Below, one piece after another: positions 1 to 17,389 of a DNA stretch of 64,000 nt. The notes beneath the pieces are model-generated. The model saw only the letters and a program-made list of their open reading frames with translations. It searched no databases and was not told where the DNA came from. Location of the stretch: NCBI GenBank assembly GCA_002269645.1, contig NIVC01000032.1:1391156-1455155 (forward strand). The letters run 5' to 3'. This DNA is from Macrostomum lignano (lineage: Eukaryota). The first letter of the stretch is position 1. Each line of letters begins with the position of its first letter. Position numbers and translations under genes: made by a program.

Positions 1-1497
1 GATGATAGATGACAGATTAGAGAGGTGAGAGAAAAGATTAGATAAAAGATAAGAGATGAGATGAGAGGAGAGAGCTGAGAAGAGACACAAACCTTGAGCG
101 GGCTGGATTGCTATAGTGAAGTTTCAAAGGATCAAAGGAATTGTTTCAAAGGCCGGATAGAGAGGTGAAATACATATTTCACCCCTACACTTCTACGGTA
201 AAATTACCCCTGCACTATTAATTTTAACGGTTTTCCTTAATTAACGGTTTTAATTTTAACGACTTCTGCTATCCAATTCTACTGTATTATTACAGTTTTG
301 CACTTAACTCATTACTATCGCAAAAACGAAAAATAAATCCGATAAAATCACTCACAAAAGTAGATAAACTTCGTTAACAGAAAATGTTCAATTTTTTTTC
401 AAACAAAATCTGAAGTAAATTATAACAAAATAATAGAAATATGTCAATGGTTTGGAATGTTTAAAACAATCTTTGAGATAAAATCGGTCTGGAATTTATT
501 GAAACCGGCATAAAAAACTGTGAGCTTGGAAATTATAGTGCTTATTAAATACTAGACAGTATAATTATAGTTTGAAAGATATAAGAAGCATAATACATGA
601 TAATATATACACCACGCAAAAAGTGAGTAAGATAAGCACTGAAAGATGCAGGTTAGCATAATTGCGCATCATATTTTAACAGTAAAACGAGTGAAATAAA
701 TAAATAATTCCGGAAAAAATTACTAATTAACCTGCTAACTATTTCGGCTGAAAGGAGATTCAATGTGACAAATATGAGAATATTTGCAACATATTTTAAT
801 TTGAAGGCACACACAATAAAGGAAAAAGTAATCAAGTTTTGAATTATGAGCAACAATGCTCGATAAAAACCTGCTATGCTTGCACAATAGATTGAGATTG
901 CAAATAGAATTTCTGTATAAATTATTACAGATAGTGCACCTGAATATTGCAAAAATAAATTATTGAATTAATAAATTATTGCTCTAAAAACTGCAGTTTT
1001 TTTAAATACGAAATTATTACAAGCAAAAATTTGAAGAAATGTTTAACTTGCTTAAAGCTGCAATATTCGGTTTATTTTTTGTTAAATTGGCTGAGCTCAA
1101 ATTGCTCATCAATAAGTTTTTAACAATTTTGACTCTCTGATGTGCCAGCGGCCCAGGCTCGATTTCAAGTGCAGTCGCATTAATCTGGGGCTAAATTGGA
1201 ATCTCGGCTTGGCTCTGCTCGTGCAATTAATGTCATTAAGAGCCAACCCCCCAAGGCACAGTGAAGTGTACATGCCTAACGATTAATAAAGTTAAGGCCG
1301 CTGTACACTCCTGTGTGTGTGTGCCTGTGCGTATGACTGCGTACGTATCCGCGCGCTTGTGTGCCTGCTCAGGGGAGTCGGCGGAATGGGGGCAGCAATG
1401 CCTCTCGCCGGTTGTGCGACAATGTCGCTTAAAGTGCGCCCGAGTGCATACAGCTCCCTGCCTCTAATAAAAAATCTCTTCAGTGCATTTTTCAAGC

Positions 1498-1888
1498 GAA
1501 TTGTCTATGGCCCAACCCACTGAGCTGTAACTCAGTTTGAAACCGGCACTGCAGATAAAGTTTGTTTTTTTACTTTAGTCATTGAATTGTCTATGGCCCA
1601 ACCCCACTGAGCTGTCACTCAGTTTGAAACCGGCACTGCAGATAAAGTTTGTTTTTTTACTTTAGTCATTGAATTGTCTATGGCCCAACCCCACTGAGCT
1701 GTCACTCAGTTTGAAACCGGCACTGCAGATAAAGTTTGTTTTTTTACTTTAGTCATTGAATTGTCTATGGCCCAACCCCACTGAGCTGTCACTCAGTTTG
1801 AAACCGGCACTGCAGATAAAGTTTGTTTTTTTACTTTAGTCATTGAATTGTCTATGGCCCAACCCCACTGAGCTGTCACTCAGTTTGA
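1498..1888. repeat. 87-bp tandem array downstream of RUN stop (4 full units + half), copy 1
   Basis: Unit GAATTGTCTATGGCCCAACCCCACTGAGCTGTCACTCAGTTTGAAACCGGCACTGCAGATAAAGTTTGTTTTTTTACTTTAGTCATT starts at 1498, 1584, 1671, 1758 and 1845. Confidence 0.95.
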
Positions 1889-2560
1889 CCCCAGCGAGGC
1901 GGCAGATTTTGGCCTCGGCAGCCGACTGGCAGAAGTCGATCGAAATTTTCTAGCAACAGCACCGGAGCTTTGCCGCTGCTCAGTTTGAGACGCCGGCATA
2001 GGCCAGTAGTTGCGGCGCCGATTGGCATGTTGCCGATGTTGCTGCTTTTGCACCAGCTGGAGCCGGTCAAGAAGACTGCATAGGCGGCTAACGAATTCAA
2101 ACTGGCTGGTGTACCCTGTCTCAGCAGGGCTAGCGGGCGATAGTTACGCTTGAGTAGGTCGGTGTTTGAGCACAGGTGCTTTAGCCAGGCTGACAAGAAA
2201 CCGGCACTGCAGATAAAGTTTGCTTTTTTACTTTAGTCATTAAATTTGAGCACAAATGCTAGGAAAGCAAATCCCATTAATCTCTTAACCATGCAATCTA
2301 ATCAAAACACTTATTGACAAACCACTAGGGTTGTAGCCTCCTCAAGACTCACGACTGAAAGGTTAGGGGTTCGTTTCCCGATCCCACTGAAACAATTTGT
2401 GTCCTTGAGAGCAAGACACTCAACTCTGCATTGCTTGAGTTCACCCAGCTGTAAAATGGGTGCCAGCATTAGCTGGGGGAATTGAGGGTGTGTGTGGCGA
2501 CCCCCCCCCCCAGTCCTTGGACTGAACAGCCTTTAGACTGCGCCACACAGTAGCTGCGGC

Positions 2561-2849
2561 CATACATGCGCAACCTTCAAAAATCGGTCGGCCGTGTGAC
2601 TTAGTTTTTATAAAAATGCGACGTAGTTTTTGGCCAAAAAATGCGACTTACATATAAAAAAACCCAAGCAAAATTAACGCAACTTTGGGTAAACAACAGG
2701 AGTAACTGTCTTATTAAGCCAACATGTCTCGTCAGCTACTTAGTACTACCACTTGAGTATCTGTTCGGGTGGGCATTTTTGCGACTTCTTTGTTTGGCTG
2801 CCAAATCGGTCGGCCGTCGGCCGACTCGGCCGACTGTTATGCATGTATG
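2561..2849. mobile_element. 289-bp MITE (hAT/P-like, 8-bp TSD) in RUN intron 3
   Basis: TIR CATACATGC...GCATGTATG, TSD GCTGCGGC at 2553-2560 and 2850-2857, and subterminal AAATCGGTCGGCCGT repeats. Copy 2 has the empty site with a single GCTGCGGC. Confidence 0.85.
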
Positions 2850-3747
2850 GCTGCGGCTGTGTCGGTTGCGCATCTGCCTATTATGGCAGGTGTAATCAAT
2901 TAACTATGCTTTTCTCCTAAACCTCCCATTCCATGTATCAAAGCTAATTTCCACTCACTTTAAACAGGCAACGACAAAGGCATCGAATCGGCCCTGTTCG
3001 CCATTTGATTCGCTTTTCGAAGCATTTATTTGACGCACAATGGCCGACAGCTTTGGACCAATCGGTACTGCGGAAATTTGGAAATGTAAAATCAATAGAT
3101 TGAGACGCAAAGCAATCGAACCCCCCTCGTTCGTGGGTTCTGAGACTCACCGCAACTGGCACAAGACTCTTCAACCAGCAGACACAGCGGCGAAGCCATC
3201 AGTCTGCTTTTCTTTAACAGCAGATTTCTCTGTTGAACAGTTCTAGCCTTGCTAACATTGCCGCCAAATTGGTTGACAAATTCGGCTGTGGACCAAGCGC
3301 TGGACATTGCTAAACCGTTGCTAACTAGACTGTACAATGAGCGGCACAGTAAACCTACAATAACAGATGAAGATTGACCGTTGCTAGGCAAACTGCAGAT
3401 CGATATCAGCTGTTCGACAGCAGACGCGGCTTGAGCAGACAATCGATTGAGTTGGCGAGTAGGCGATTCGGGAACTGGAAGGCGAGGTGGCGCAGCAGTT
3501 TGAGCCGGTTTGCTGGACACTGGCGAGCCGCAGAATTCCAAAGGCTGGCTGTCCTCGTCGTCGCCATAGAGACCAACTGACTGGGGTATTACCTGGTCTC
3601 GGGAAATATTGTTGAGCACGGCGGGGGGCGTTTGAGCACGGATTGATTGGTTAATTAGTCTTCAGGATGTCAAGTTAGTCTATAGGAAGTTATATCTATC
3701 TTTGGGATTTTTCAGTTAGCCAGTAGGAAATACGAGGAATTTTGTTA

Positions 3748-4228
3748 AAATTAGTCAGTGGGAATCATGGGGAATTTTTGAGAATTAGTCAGTGGGAATC
3801 ATGAGGAACTTTTTCAGAATTAGTCAGTGGGAATCATGGGAAAATTTTTTGGAATTAGTGAAAGGGAATCATGGGGAATTTTTTCAGAATTAGTCAGTGG
3901 GAATCATGAGGAACTTTTTCAGAATTAGTCAGTGGGAAATTGGAATCATGGGGAATTTTTTAGAATTAGTCAGTGGGAATCATGGGGAACTTTTTCAGAA
4001 TTAGTCAGTGGGAATCATGGGGAATTTTTTTAGAATTAGTCAGTGGGAATCATGGGGGACTTTTTTAGAATTAGTCAGTGGGAATCATGGGGAATTTTTG
4101 AGAATTAATCAGTGGGAAATGGGAATCAGGGGGGATTTTTGAGAATTAGTCAGTGGGAAATGGGAATCATGGGGAATTTTTTTATAATTAGTCAGTGGGA
4201 ATCATGGGGAATTTTAATCAGTGGGAAC
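3748..4228. repeat. 35-bp minisatellite (GAATTAGTCAGTGGGAATCATGGGGAACTTTTTTA) in RUN intron 1, copy 1
   Basis: Tandem degenerate units; 35-bp period measured in copy 2 (21281, 21316, 21351). Confidence 0.93.
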
Positions 4229-4911
4229 TATAGAGAATTTTTCTAGTTAATAAGAAGGAATCATCTGGGAATTATTTAGCCCGTGGGAATGATGGAGAAT
4301 GTATGTATGATCAGGGATACTGAAAGCAAGGTTCAGAGCCAGCTCAGAATAACAATTCTCACATGGAAGTCTTGCCCGATCAGGGAGAGCTTGCCGGGGC
4401 ACAGACAAGCACCTGCTAGCAGCATGATCGTCGCAGCTTGAGCAGCGAACTTTCTGACGCCTCCTGCTGCGTCCGCGACTTGACCTGGGAGCAGCAGCAG
4501 CAGCAGCAGCCGGAGCATCTGCACTTAGAAGCAGAGACGGCGCCAATTCCTCCGCTAGGTGGCCTTCTCCGCCTCGAACAGCGACTGCTTGCTGATTGCT
4601 GCTACTAGAGAAGTCAGGCAGATTGTGGAGACGCCAGCCGGCAACTCTTTGGCGTAGAAATGCCCAGATCTGGCAAATTTGAACAGCTGACAGCCGATCG
4701 AAGTAGTTGGTTGGATTCCAGCTTTTGATCGCTACTATTATTATTATCATTATGCCGAACTAATAACGATTGTGGATGTTGAAGAATTCTCAGATTTGAA
4801 GGCCGACGATCGGATTTCAGGCCGCGCCAAGTTGTACGCCTGGAGCAAGGCGGGGCGGCCTGTCTGGTCTGGCAAGGACATCTCGCTCGAGGCTCTGCCC
4901 GAAGTTGATGA

Positions 4912-7587
4912 ACGCCAGAACTACGGCCGCCGCTGAAGGACACACTTCGCCTGGTATACATCGCGTTTTTGCTTCACGGTGTGGGCATTCTGCTACCCTG
5001 GAATCTATTCATCAATGCCAAGGAGTACTTTGAGAACTACAAGCTCAACACGAACATCTCGCGCGAGGCGGACTACAGGCACAATTTTATGAACTACATC
5101 GGCCTCGGGTCTCAGCTGCCCAACATGCTCATGCTGGCTTGCAACGTCTTCTTTCAGCCGTTGACGACCAGCGAAGGACAGGAAAAAACTGGCAGCAAAA
5201 ATGCCGCACGTCGCATTATGCTGGTGATCCTGATCGAAGTTTGCGTCTGCGCCACCACCGTCATCATGGCCTTGGTGGACACGAGCGAATGCCGCGATTG
5301 TTCTTCGATGTCACGCTAATCAGTGTCATTGTGCTCAACTGTTGCACCGGCGTCTATCAGTCCTCGGCGTTCGGCATGGCGGGTGTGCTGCCCATGACCT
5401 ACTCCAGTGCGATCGTACTGGGTAAGGCGTCTATCGTGATGCTTCTCGTGCGTGTCGTAGGAATCAGGGGCGTCGCCACCGGGGGGGGGACATGTCACAG
5501 TAAAAGCTGTAGGGGGGTTATGCCAATGCTTTGTCCCCCTCACCCAACCTTGTGATCCGTTATGAAAATCAATAATTTTGCTTCAGGGTGACAAAATATA
5601 GTGCTGCAGCGCTTAAATGAGTGCCTGCGGCGCTAAAATGAGTGCCTGCGGCGCTAAATGAGTGCCTGCGGGCGCTAAAATGAGTGCCTGCGGCGCTAAA
5701 ATGAGTGCCTGCGGCGCTAAAATGAGTGCCTGCGGCGCTAAAATGAGTGCCTGCGGCGCTAAAATGAGTGCCTACGGCGCTAAAATGAGTGCCTGCGGTG
5801 CTAAAATGAGTGCCTGCGGCGCTAAAATGAGTGCCCGCCGCGCAAAATGAGTGCCTGTGGCGCTAAAATGAGTGCCTGCAGCGCTAAAATGAGTGCCTGC
5901 GGCGCTAAAATGAGTGCCTGCGGCGCTAAAATGAGTGCCTGCGGCGCTAAAATGAGTGCCTGCGGCGCTAAAATGAGTGCCTGCGGCGCTAAAATGAGTG
6001 CCTGTGGCGCTAAAATGAGTGCCTGCGGCGCTAAAATGAGTGCCTGTGGCGCTAAAATGAGTGCCCGCCGCGCCAAAATGAGTGCCTGTGGCGCTAAAAT
6101 GAGTGCCCGCCGCGCCAAAATGAGTGCCTACGGCGCTAAAATGAGTGCCTGTAGCTCTAAAACGAGTGCCTGTGGCGCTAAGATCAGTGCCTGAGGCGCT
6201 AAAACGAGTGCCTGCGGCGCCAAATGAGCGCTGACAACACCGATTCTGAAAATAATGTACATGTACATATAGAATTCTTGGCTCTGTCCCCCCAACCATA
6301 AAATCCATCGCGACCCCTGGTAGGAATCCCGCCCAGACCCCATGGTGACAAGGGAGATATTAGTTTATTAGCTAGTCACAGAACAGCTTTACATAAGTGC
6401 GCTGTTACTACTAATCCAAATCTCCGAGTATCTCTCTGGAGCCGGCACAGATATGGGGTGACGGAGGCCCACAAAATTTAGCAAACTTTTGCTCATCACT
6501 TTCCAGCAAGCTTAAACATGCCACTTAAAATTCACTTGAAGCACTGAAGCATTTTAACGTCGTTTTACGCAACGCAGGTAACAACATCTGCGGAACAGTG
6601 GTTGCCATTGTGAACATTGTTAGTCGGCTGGCATCTTCGCAGAATCTGCAAATGACCGCCGTTGGCTATTTCTCATTCTCTGTCGTACTGCTACTCATCT
6701 GCTTCTCCTCGCTCCTCATATTGCCGAAGCTGCCGTTCTATCGGCACTACCAGCAGCCGCCGTCGCAAACCATTCGTCTGAGAGGACCTGCGACAACTGA
6801 GCAGACGTCTTTCGAATCGGACGACTCAACTGAAACTTAAACGGATGCTGCGATGAGAATCTGGAAACTGTCAGGGCTTGTTGTGCTTTGTGCTGTATCC
6901 GAAGGGACCTGTGGCTGCGTGCTCCAGGTGAGCCAGCCGATTTTTTTAAAGAGTTTCCGATTTCCAAGTCCATTGAATTTGGTAAAACAGCTGTGTCGTC
7001 AAAGTTGAATTCATAACTTTGAACCACAATTTCAGATACTGGCAGAGATACCTGGCTGCCTTCAAAGAGTGCTGGGTTCACTGCCTCAGCGTCTGGTCGA
7101 CATTCTTCTGCACGTGGCCTGCTTTCCAGCCGTTCAATCGGCCATCCGTCCGGTCCAGCTGCTGTCCATAGAGGCCTGGTTCACCGACATCTTCGTGTTC
7201 CTCGGCTTCAACCTGTTCGCCATGCTGGGCAGTCTGGCGTCAAATTTTGTACAATTCCCAAAACCACGCTGGCTGGCACTGGCCGTGTGGATTCGAACCC
7301 TAATCTTCATACCGTTCTTCATCATGTGCAACTGTTTCCCGGACAACCGGGCCCCGGCATTCCCGGTGGTCATCGCTAATGACTACGTGTTCACGGCTGG
7401 CATGGTGTTGTTCGCTTTCACCGGCGGCTACTTCAGCGCCCTCTGCATGATGTACGCGCCAAGGGACGTGAAGAATCCAAAGCACGCGGCATTGGCTGGC
7501 ATGGTGTCGTCATTCTTCCTGGTCTCCGGCATCTTCTGCGGAGTGGCCTTCGGTGGAGTGCTGTTCAATGTGGTGCAGGCGCATTAG
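4912..7587 (+). pseudogene. ENT: Equilibrative nucleoside transporter (SLC29/ENT family), copy 1, with frameshifts
   Basis: Exons about 4912-5421, 6578-6927 and 7036-7587. Relative to copies 2 and 3 there are single-base indels near 5292, 6770-6840, 6898 and 7112. Confidence 0.75.
5465..6319 (+). mobile_element. Non-autonomous hAT-type element with internal 21-bp VNTR, ENT intron 1, copy 1
   Basis: TIR CAGGGGCGTCGC / GCGAC(AC)CCCTG, 8-bp TSD GTAGGAAT, core (GGCGCTAAAATGAGTGCCTGC)n. Confidence 0.88.
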
Positions 7588-8731
7588 GCCGCTTAGAAAA
7601 TTCCAAGTATATCAACTTATGGATGGAGCAAATAGTCAAGCTGCATAAAGCTCGTCACTCTTAATGTCTCGATGTTAAAAAATCTTAAAAATATGTTACT
7701 TTTTCTAGAGCAGCTAGCTGACGTATTTCTATATTACAACTTCTAGTTCCATAAGCTCAGATATAACTTTGTTATAGTGCGTCATAATTTCCGGTGTTGC
7801 AGTCGTTGATTTCTGGCTAGAGACAGATTATAACAATTTAGTAAGACCCCTTTAAATCAAATTGCTATTCGATTAGACGCTCCAGTACTTTCTGGTGACC
7901 CTATTTGTCATTGACGTTGGCTAATTTTATAGCTTCAATTTTTGGCCTCCATCTAGCTGGTTGAGTTTTGTCACGTCAACGAAGAAAACTTGTTTGCAGT
8001 TCAATTTTTGCGTATCTGTCACTCTTTTGGTGTATTTTTTGTTAAATTAAACTATATTTAGGCTGTAAGCTATCGTGATGAAACTATAACTCAGTACTTC
8101 AATACAATTAGTAAATATGTAATATCATGCAATGTCAATTAATTTGAATATGGTGATTAATGCGCAACAGCTAGAATTCATTGCTGCATACTGAGAATTA
8201 TAATACTTTACCAAATGTTTCTGCTGATTCTGGTTGCTGAATTTTGAAAGTCTGAGAGACCCTATAGATCAAACATTAGCTACTTAATAAGTAGTACGAG
8301 TATAAGCATGATTCAATTTTGATTGGTCAGTTGCGTTAAAATATACTGATATTCCTCTATATGTGCTACTCATATTGTTGAAGTAAGTAAGTAAAGCGTT
8401 TTTTATTATTTAATGACTTTCAAATTCAAATTGATATGACAAATATGCATTACCCCTGAGTTTACGTCCGCCAGCATTGCAAGTTAAGCCGAGTTGCTCC
8501 TGGTTAGTGCACACAGTTGAAGTTGCTATGCTTGTGTCCAGGGAGTCTTTCAGCGACCAGGTTTCGGCGTTCGACCACTGCCTCCTAGAACAAAGCCGCC
8601 CTCTGGCGGCTATAAGAATTTGACCCACAGGACCGCTTTTACAGCAGGAAACACGACGCCCATACAAGCTCTAATCAACATTGCGGACGTCAAGAACCAG
8701 ACCGCCGAGGTAGACGAACTGCTGGTGCCAT

Positions 8732-9386
8732 GAGAATCTCTCTCACCCTAAAAATCTCTCTCACCTTGAGAATCTCTCGCCTGGAGAATCTGTCACCTAG
8801 AGAATCTCTTACCGGGAGAATCTGTCACCTGGAGAATCTCTCATCTTGATCATCTCTCGCCTGGAGAATATCTCACCTTGAGAATCTCTCACCTGGAAAA
8901 TCTCTCACCTTGAGAATCTTTCCCTAAAGAGAATCTCTCACCTTGAGAATCGCTCACCTTGAGAATCTCTCAACTTGAGAATCTCTCACCTTGAGAACCT
9001 CTCACCATGATAATCTCTTGCCTGGAGAATCTGTCACCTGGAGAACCTCTCATCTTGTTAATCTCTCGCCTGGAGAATATCTCGCCTGGAGAATCTCTTA
9101 CCTGGAGAATCTCTCACCTGGAGAATCTCTCACCTGGAAAATCTCTCACCTGGAGAATCTCTCACCTGGAGAATCTCTCACCTGGGGAATCTCTCACCTT
9201 GAGAATGTCTCTCACCCTGATAATCTCTTGACTGGAGAATCTGTCACCTGGAGAATCTCTTACCTGGAAAATTTCTTATCTTGATAATCTCTCGCCTGGA
9301 GATTCTCTCACCTAGAGAATCTCTCACCTGAAAAATCTCTCACCTGGAAAATCTCTCACCTGGAGAATCTCTCACCTGGGGAATCT
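8732..9386 (+). repeat. 16-bp minisatellite (GAGAATCTCTCACCT[G/T])n upstream of carboxypeptidase, copy 1
   Basis: Tandem units; also at 26241-26895, 41704-42358 and expanded at 61221-62720. Confidence 0.93.
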
Positions 9387-9736
9387 GTAGAACCTGCCTT
9401 AAAATCCACCATTTTAACGAACTCGCAAGGCTTGTTATGAACAGCTAAACAGCAAAATTTAAAATTTAAAAAATTTTAATTTTTTAGATTCAATTAACAA
9501 AAGCCTATTCTGCGAGAAGAGAAATTATTACAAAGATGAAATTTCTTGTTTAACTAAGAGTTCGCAAAATTGTTTCAATGCCACATTCGACGCTAATTAT
9601 CGAGCAACAGGTGTTTTCGAGTCACATGACCTTAATTATGTAATTCTGTTTTATTTAAATCGATAACCTCTGAAACGGCTAAAAGGTTTAAAATTATTTC
9701 ATCCAGCTCGACACCTGCTGGCCGCCTGTTTCTACA

Positions 9737-15789
<6,053 letters not shown>

Positions 15790-15803
15790 TTGAAGATTTA
15801 CAT

Positions 15804-15809
15804 AATAAA
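15804..15809 (+). terminator. Putative polyadenylation signal of the carboxypeptidase gene
   Basis: AATAAA 14 nt after the TGA, also present in copies 2 and 3. Confidence 0.55.
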
Positions 15810-15853
15810 ATTAACTAACATTACAAAACAGTTTAAAATCTTAACAATGTAAT

Positions 15854-16104
15854 CAGTTGTCGGCAACCTTTTTACTTCAAGGGCCAAATATAAAAGTCTT
15901 GATGATTGCTGCGGGCCGGATGATAGATGACAGATTAGAGAGGTGAGAGAAAAGATTAGATAAAAGATAAGAGATGAGATGAGAGGAGAGAGCTGAGAAG
16001 AGACACAAACCTTGAGCGGGCTGGATTGCTATAGTGAAGTTTCAAAGGATCAAAGGAATTGTTTCAAAGGCCGGATAGAGAGGTGAAATACATATTTCAC
16101 CCCT
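15854..16104. mobile_element. Possible degenerate hAT-like remnant spanning the nominal cassette junction
   Basis: CAGTTGTCGGCAACCTTTTT...AAGGGCCA...GCGGGCCGGA resembles hAT left ends. No matching right TIR or TSD was found. Confidence 0.3.
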
Positions 16105-16534
16105 ACACTTCTACGGTAAAATTACCCCTGCACTATTAATTTTAACGGTTTTCCTTAATTAACGGTTTTAATTTTAACGACTTCTGCTATCCAATTCTAC
16201 TGTATTATTACAGTTTTGCACTTAACTCATTAGTATCGCAAAAACGAAAAATAAATCCGATAAAATCACTCACAAAAGTAGATAAACTTCGTTAACAGAA
16301 AATGTTCAAATTTTTTTCAAACAAAAACCTGAAGTAAATTATAACAAAATAATAGAAATATGTCAATGGTTTGGAATGTTTAAAACAATCTTTGAGATAA
16401 AATCGGTCTGGAATTTATTGAAATCGGCATAAAAAACTGTGAGCTTGGAAATTATAGTGCTTATTAAATACTAGGCAGTATAATTATAGTTTGAAAGATA
16501 TAAGAAGCGTAATACATGATAATATATACACCAC

Positions 16535-17389
16535 TTTTGGTTTTGTCTCGCATAGAGACGCCTAACCGCAGTCACTTCTGTGAAACTTGTCTCTGCCTGG
16601 CTGAAAGCTTGTAATGAGTGAGTAGGCTGGGTTGGAGGGTAATAGTGGATCGGGAGGGGCTGTGGGTAGCTGTATAGGAAGGCAGGCCTATACCTGTACC
16701 AAGGTGCTCTGACGGTATCCCTCAGGCGCCCTCTGAGCGTACAGCCAGCGACCCTATTAAAGCAGGAGTGTGCCAGAACCAGGACTGAGTCTGAGCAGGA
16801 CGAGACCGTTGGCACGATCATAATAGAAATGGCGGGTTGGCGAAGCAAAGGGTGAAATAGTCCCGGCGATTAGCCCTCCTGCCGCTTCAAAGATAAGAGA
16901 GTGTCTGTTGGCAAGAGTACCCGGGGTTTAGTAGGGGGGGAGGCTCCTTCGGGTTGCCACGGCCGTGGGGGCGGTCTTATGACCGGTGTTTTGGCCTTTC
17001 TAACCCAGGAGAAGGCACGGGCTCCCCTGAATGGTTCTCTCTTCCCCCTCTAGCCTCGGGGAGGTTTATGATTTGTACCCGGGGGTGGTGGGCGGTCGGC
17101 CCCAGCATGGTAGCCACGGCTCTAGGCCTTCGGGCCACCCCTAATAGGCATGGGTGTCTATCTAACCTGGTTTTTGGGCACGGGCTTCCTGACTGGTATG
17201 TCGTTCCGCTGTCACTGTCCCCCGGGGAGGTTTGGTTTTTTTGATACTGCCCTGTACAGTCCTCTATAGTCTAACTTGGCTTTTAGTGTACTTTAGTACA
17301 CTCCCTAATAGGAAACTCATTTAGTCTAGTGGCGTAAGAGCCTATTTCAATGGCTGAGGCGCCGGAGCACTTATCTTAGTTAGTTAGTT
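16535..17389 (+). mobile_element. 855-bp retroposon-like insertion unique to copy 2
   Basis: 13-bp TSD ATATATACACCAC (16522-16534 and 17390-17402), (TTAG)3 tail at the right end, and an empty site in copies 1, 3 and 4. Orientation is inferred from the tail. No RT homology recognised. Confidence 0.8.

Larger units (their letters stand above)
1880..4961 (-). pseudogene. RUN-domain protein gene, copy 1 (frameshifted or error-containing)
   Basis: Exons about 4961-4363, 3592-3151, 3067-2959 and 2206-1880. There is a 1-nt deletion in the last exon near 2086 (taggcggcta vs taggcgagcta in other copies) and several indels in exon 1. Confidence 0.7.

Noticed and set aside
653-952. 99-aa hydrophobic ORF in AT-rich spacer
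   Set aside because: AT-rich composition bias, disrupted in copy 2, and no recognisable motif.
1261-1523. Short overlapping ORFs downstream of the RUN gene
   Set aside because: Broken differently in each copy by indels; no motif; probably UTR or intergenic.
1498-1888. CRISPR-like appearance of regularly spaced repeats (this and other arrays)
   Set aside because: Units are contiguous with no unique spacers, the context is eukaryotic and spliced, and there are no cas genes.
5662-6308. Long ORFs such as (MSACGAK)n, (APQALIL)n and (AAGTHFS)n, also at 13044-13436 and in the other copies
   Set aside because: Translations of the 21-bp VNTR inside an intronic MITE; period divisible by 3 and open on both strands.
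8410-8730. GC-richer segment upstream of the 16-bp array with short ORFs on both strands
   Set aside because: No recognisable domain or convincing splice partner; may be a decayed fragment but I cannot support a call.
8991-9284. ORFs ([16 protein letters not shown])n
   Set aside because: Three 16-bp units make 48 nt, producing a spurious 16-aa repeat.
16900-17389. Hammerhead or HDV-like ribozyme in the retroposon
   Set aside because: No CUGANGA plus GAAA core on either strand, and the CCUCCCCG motifs give only a 2-bp P3 with no convincing P1/P2.
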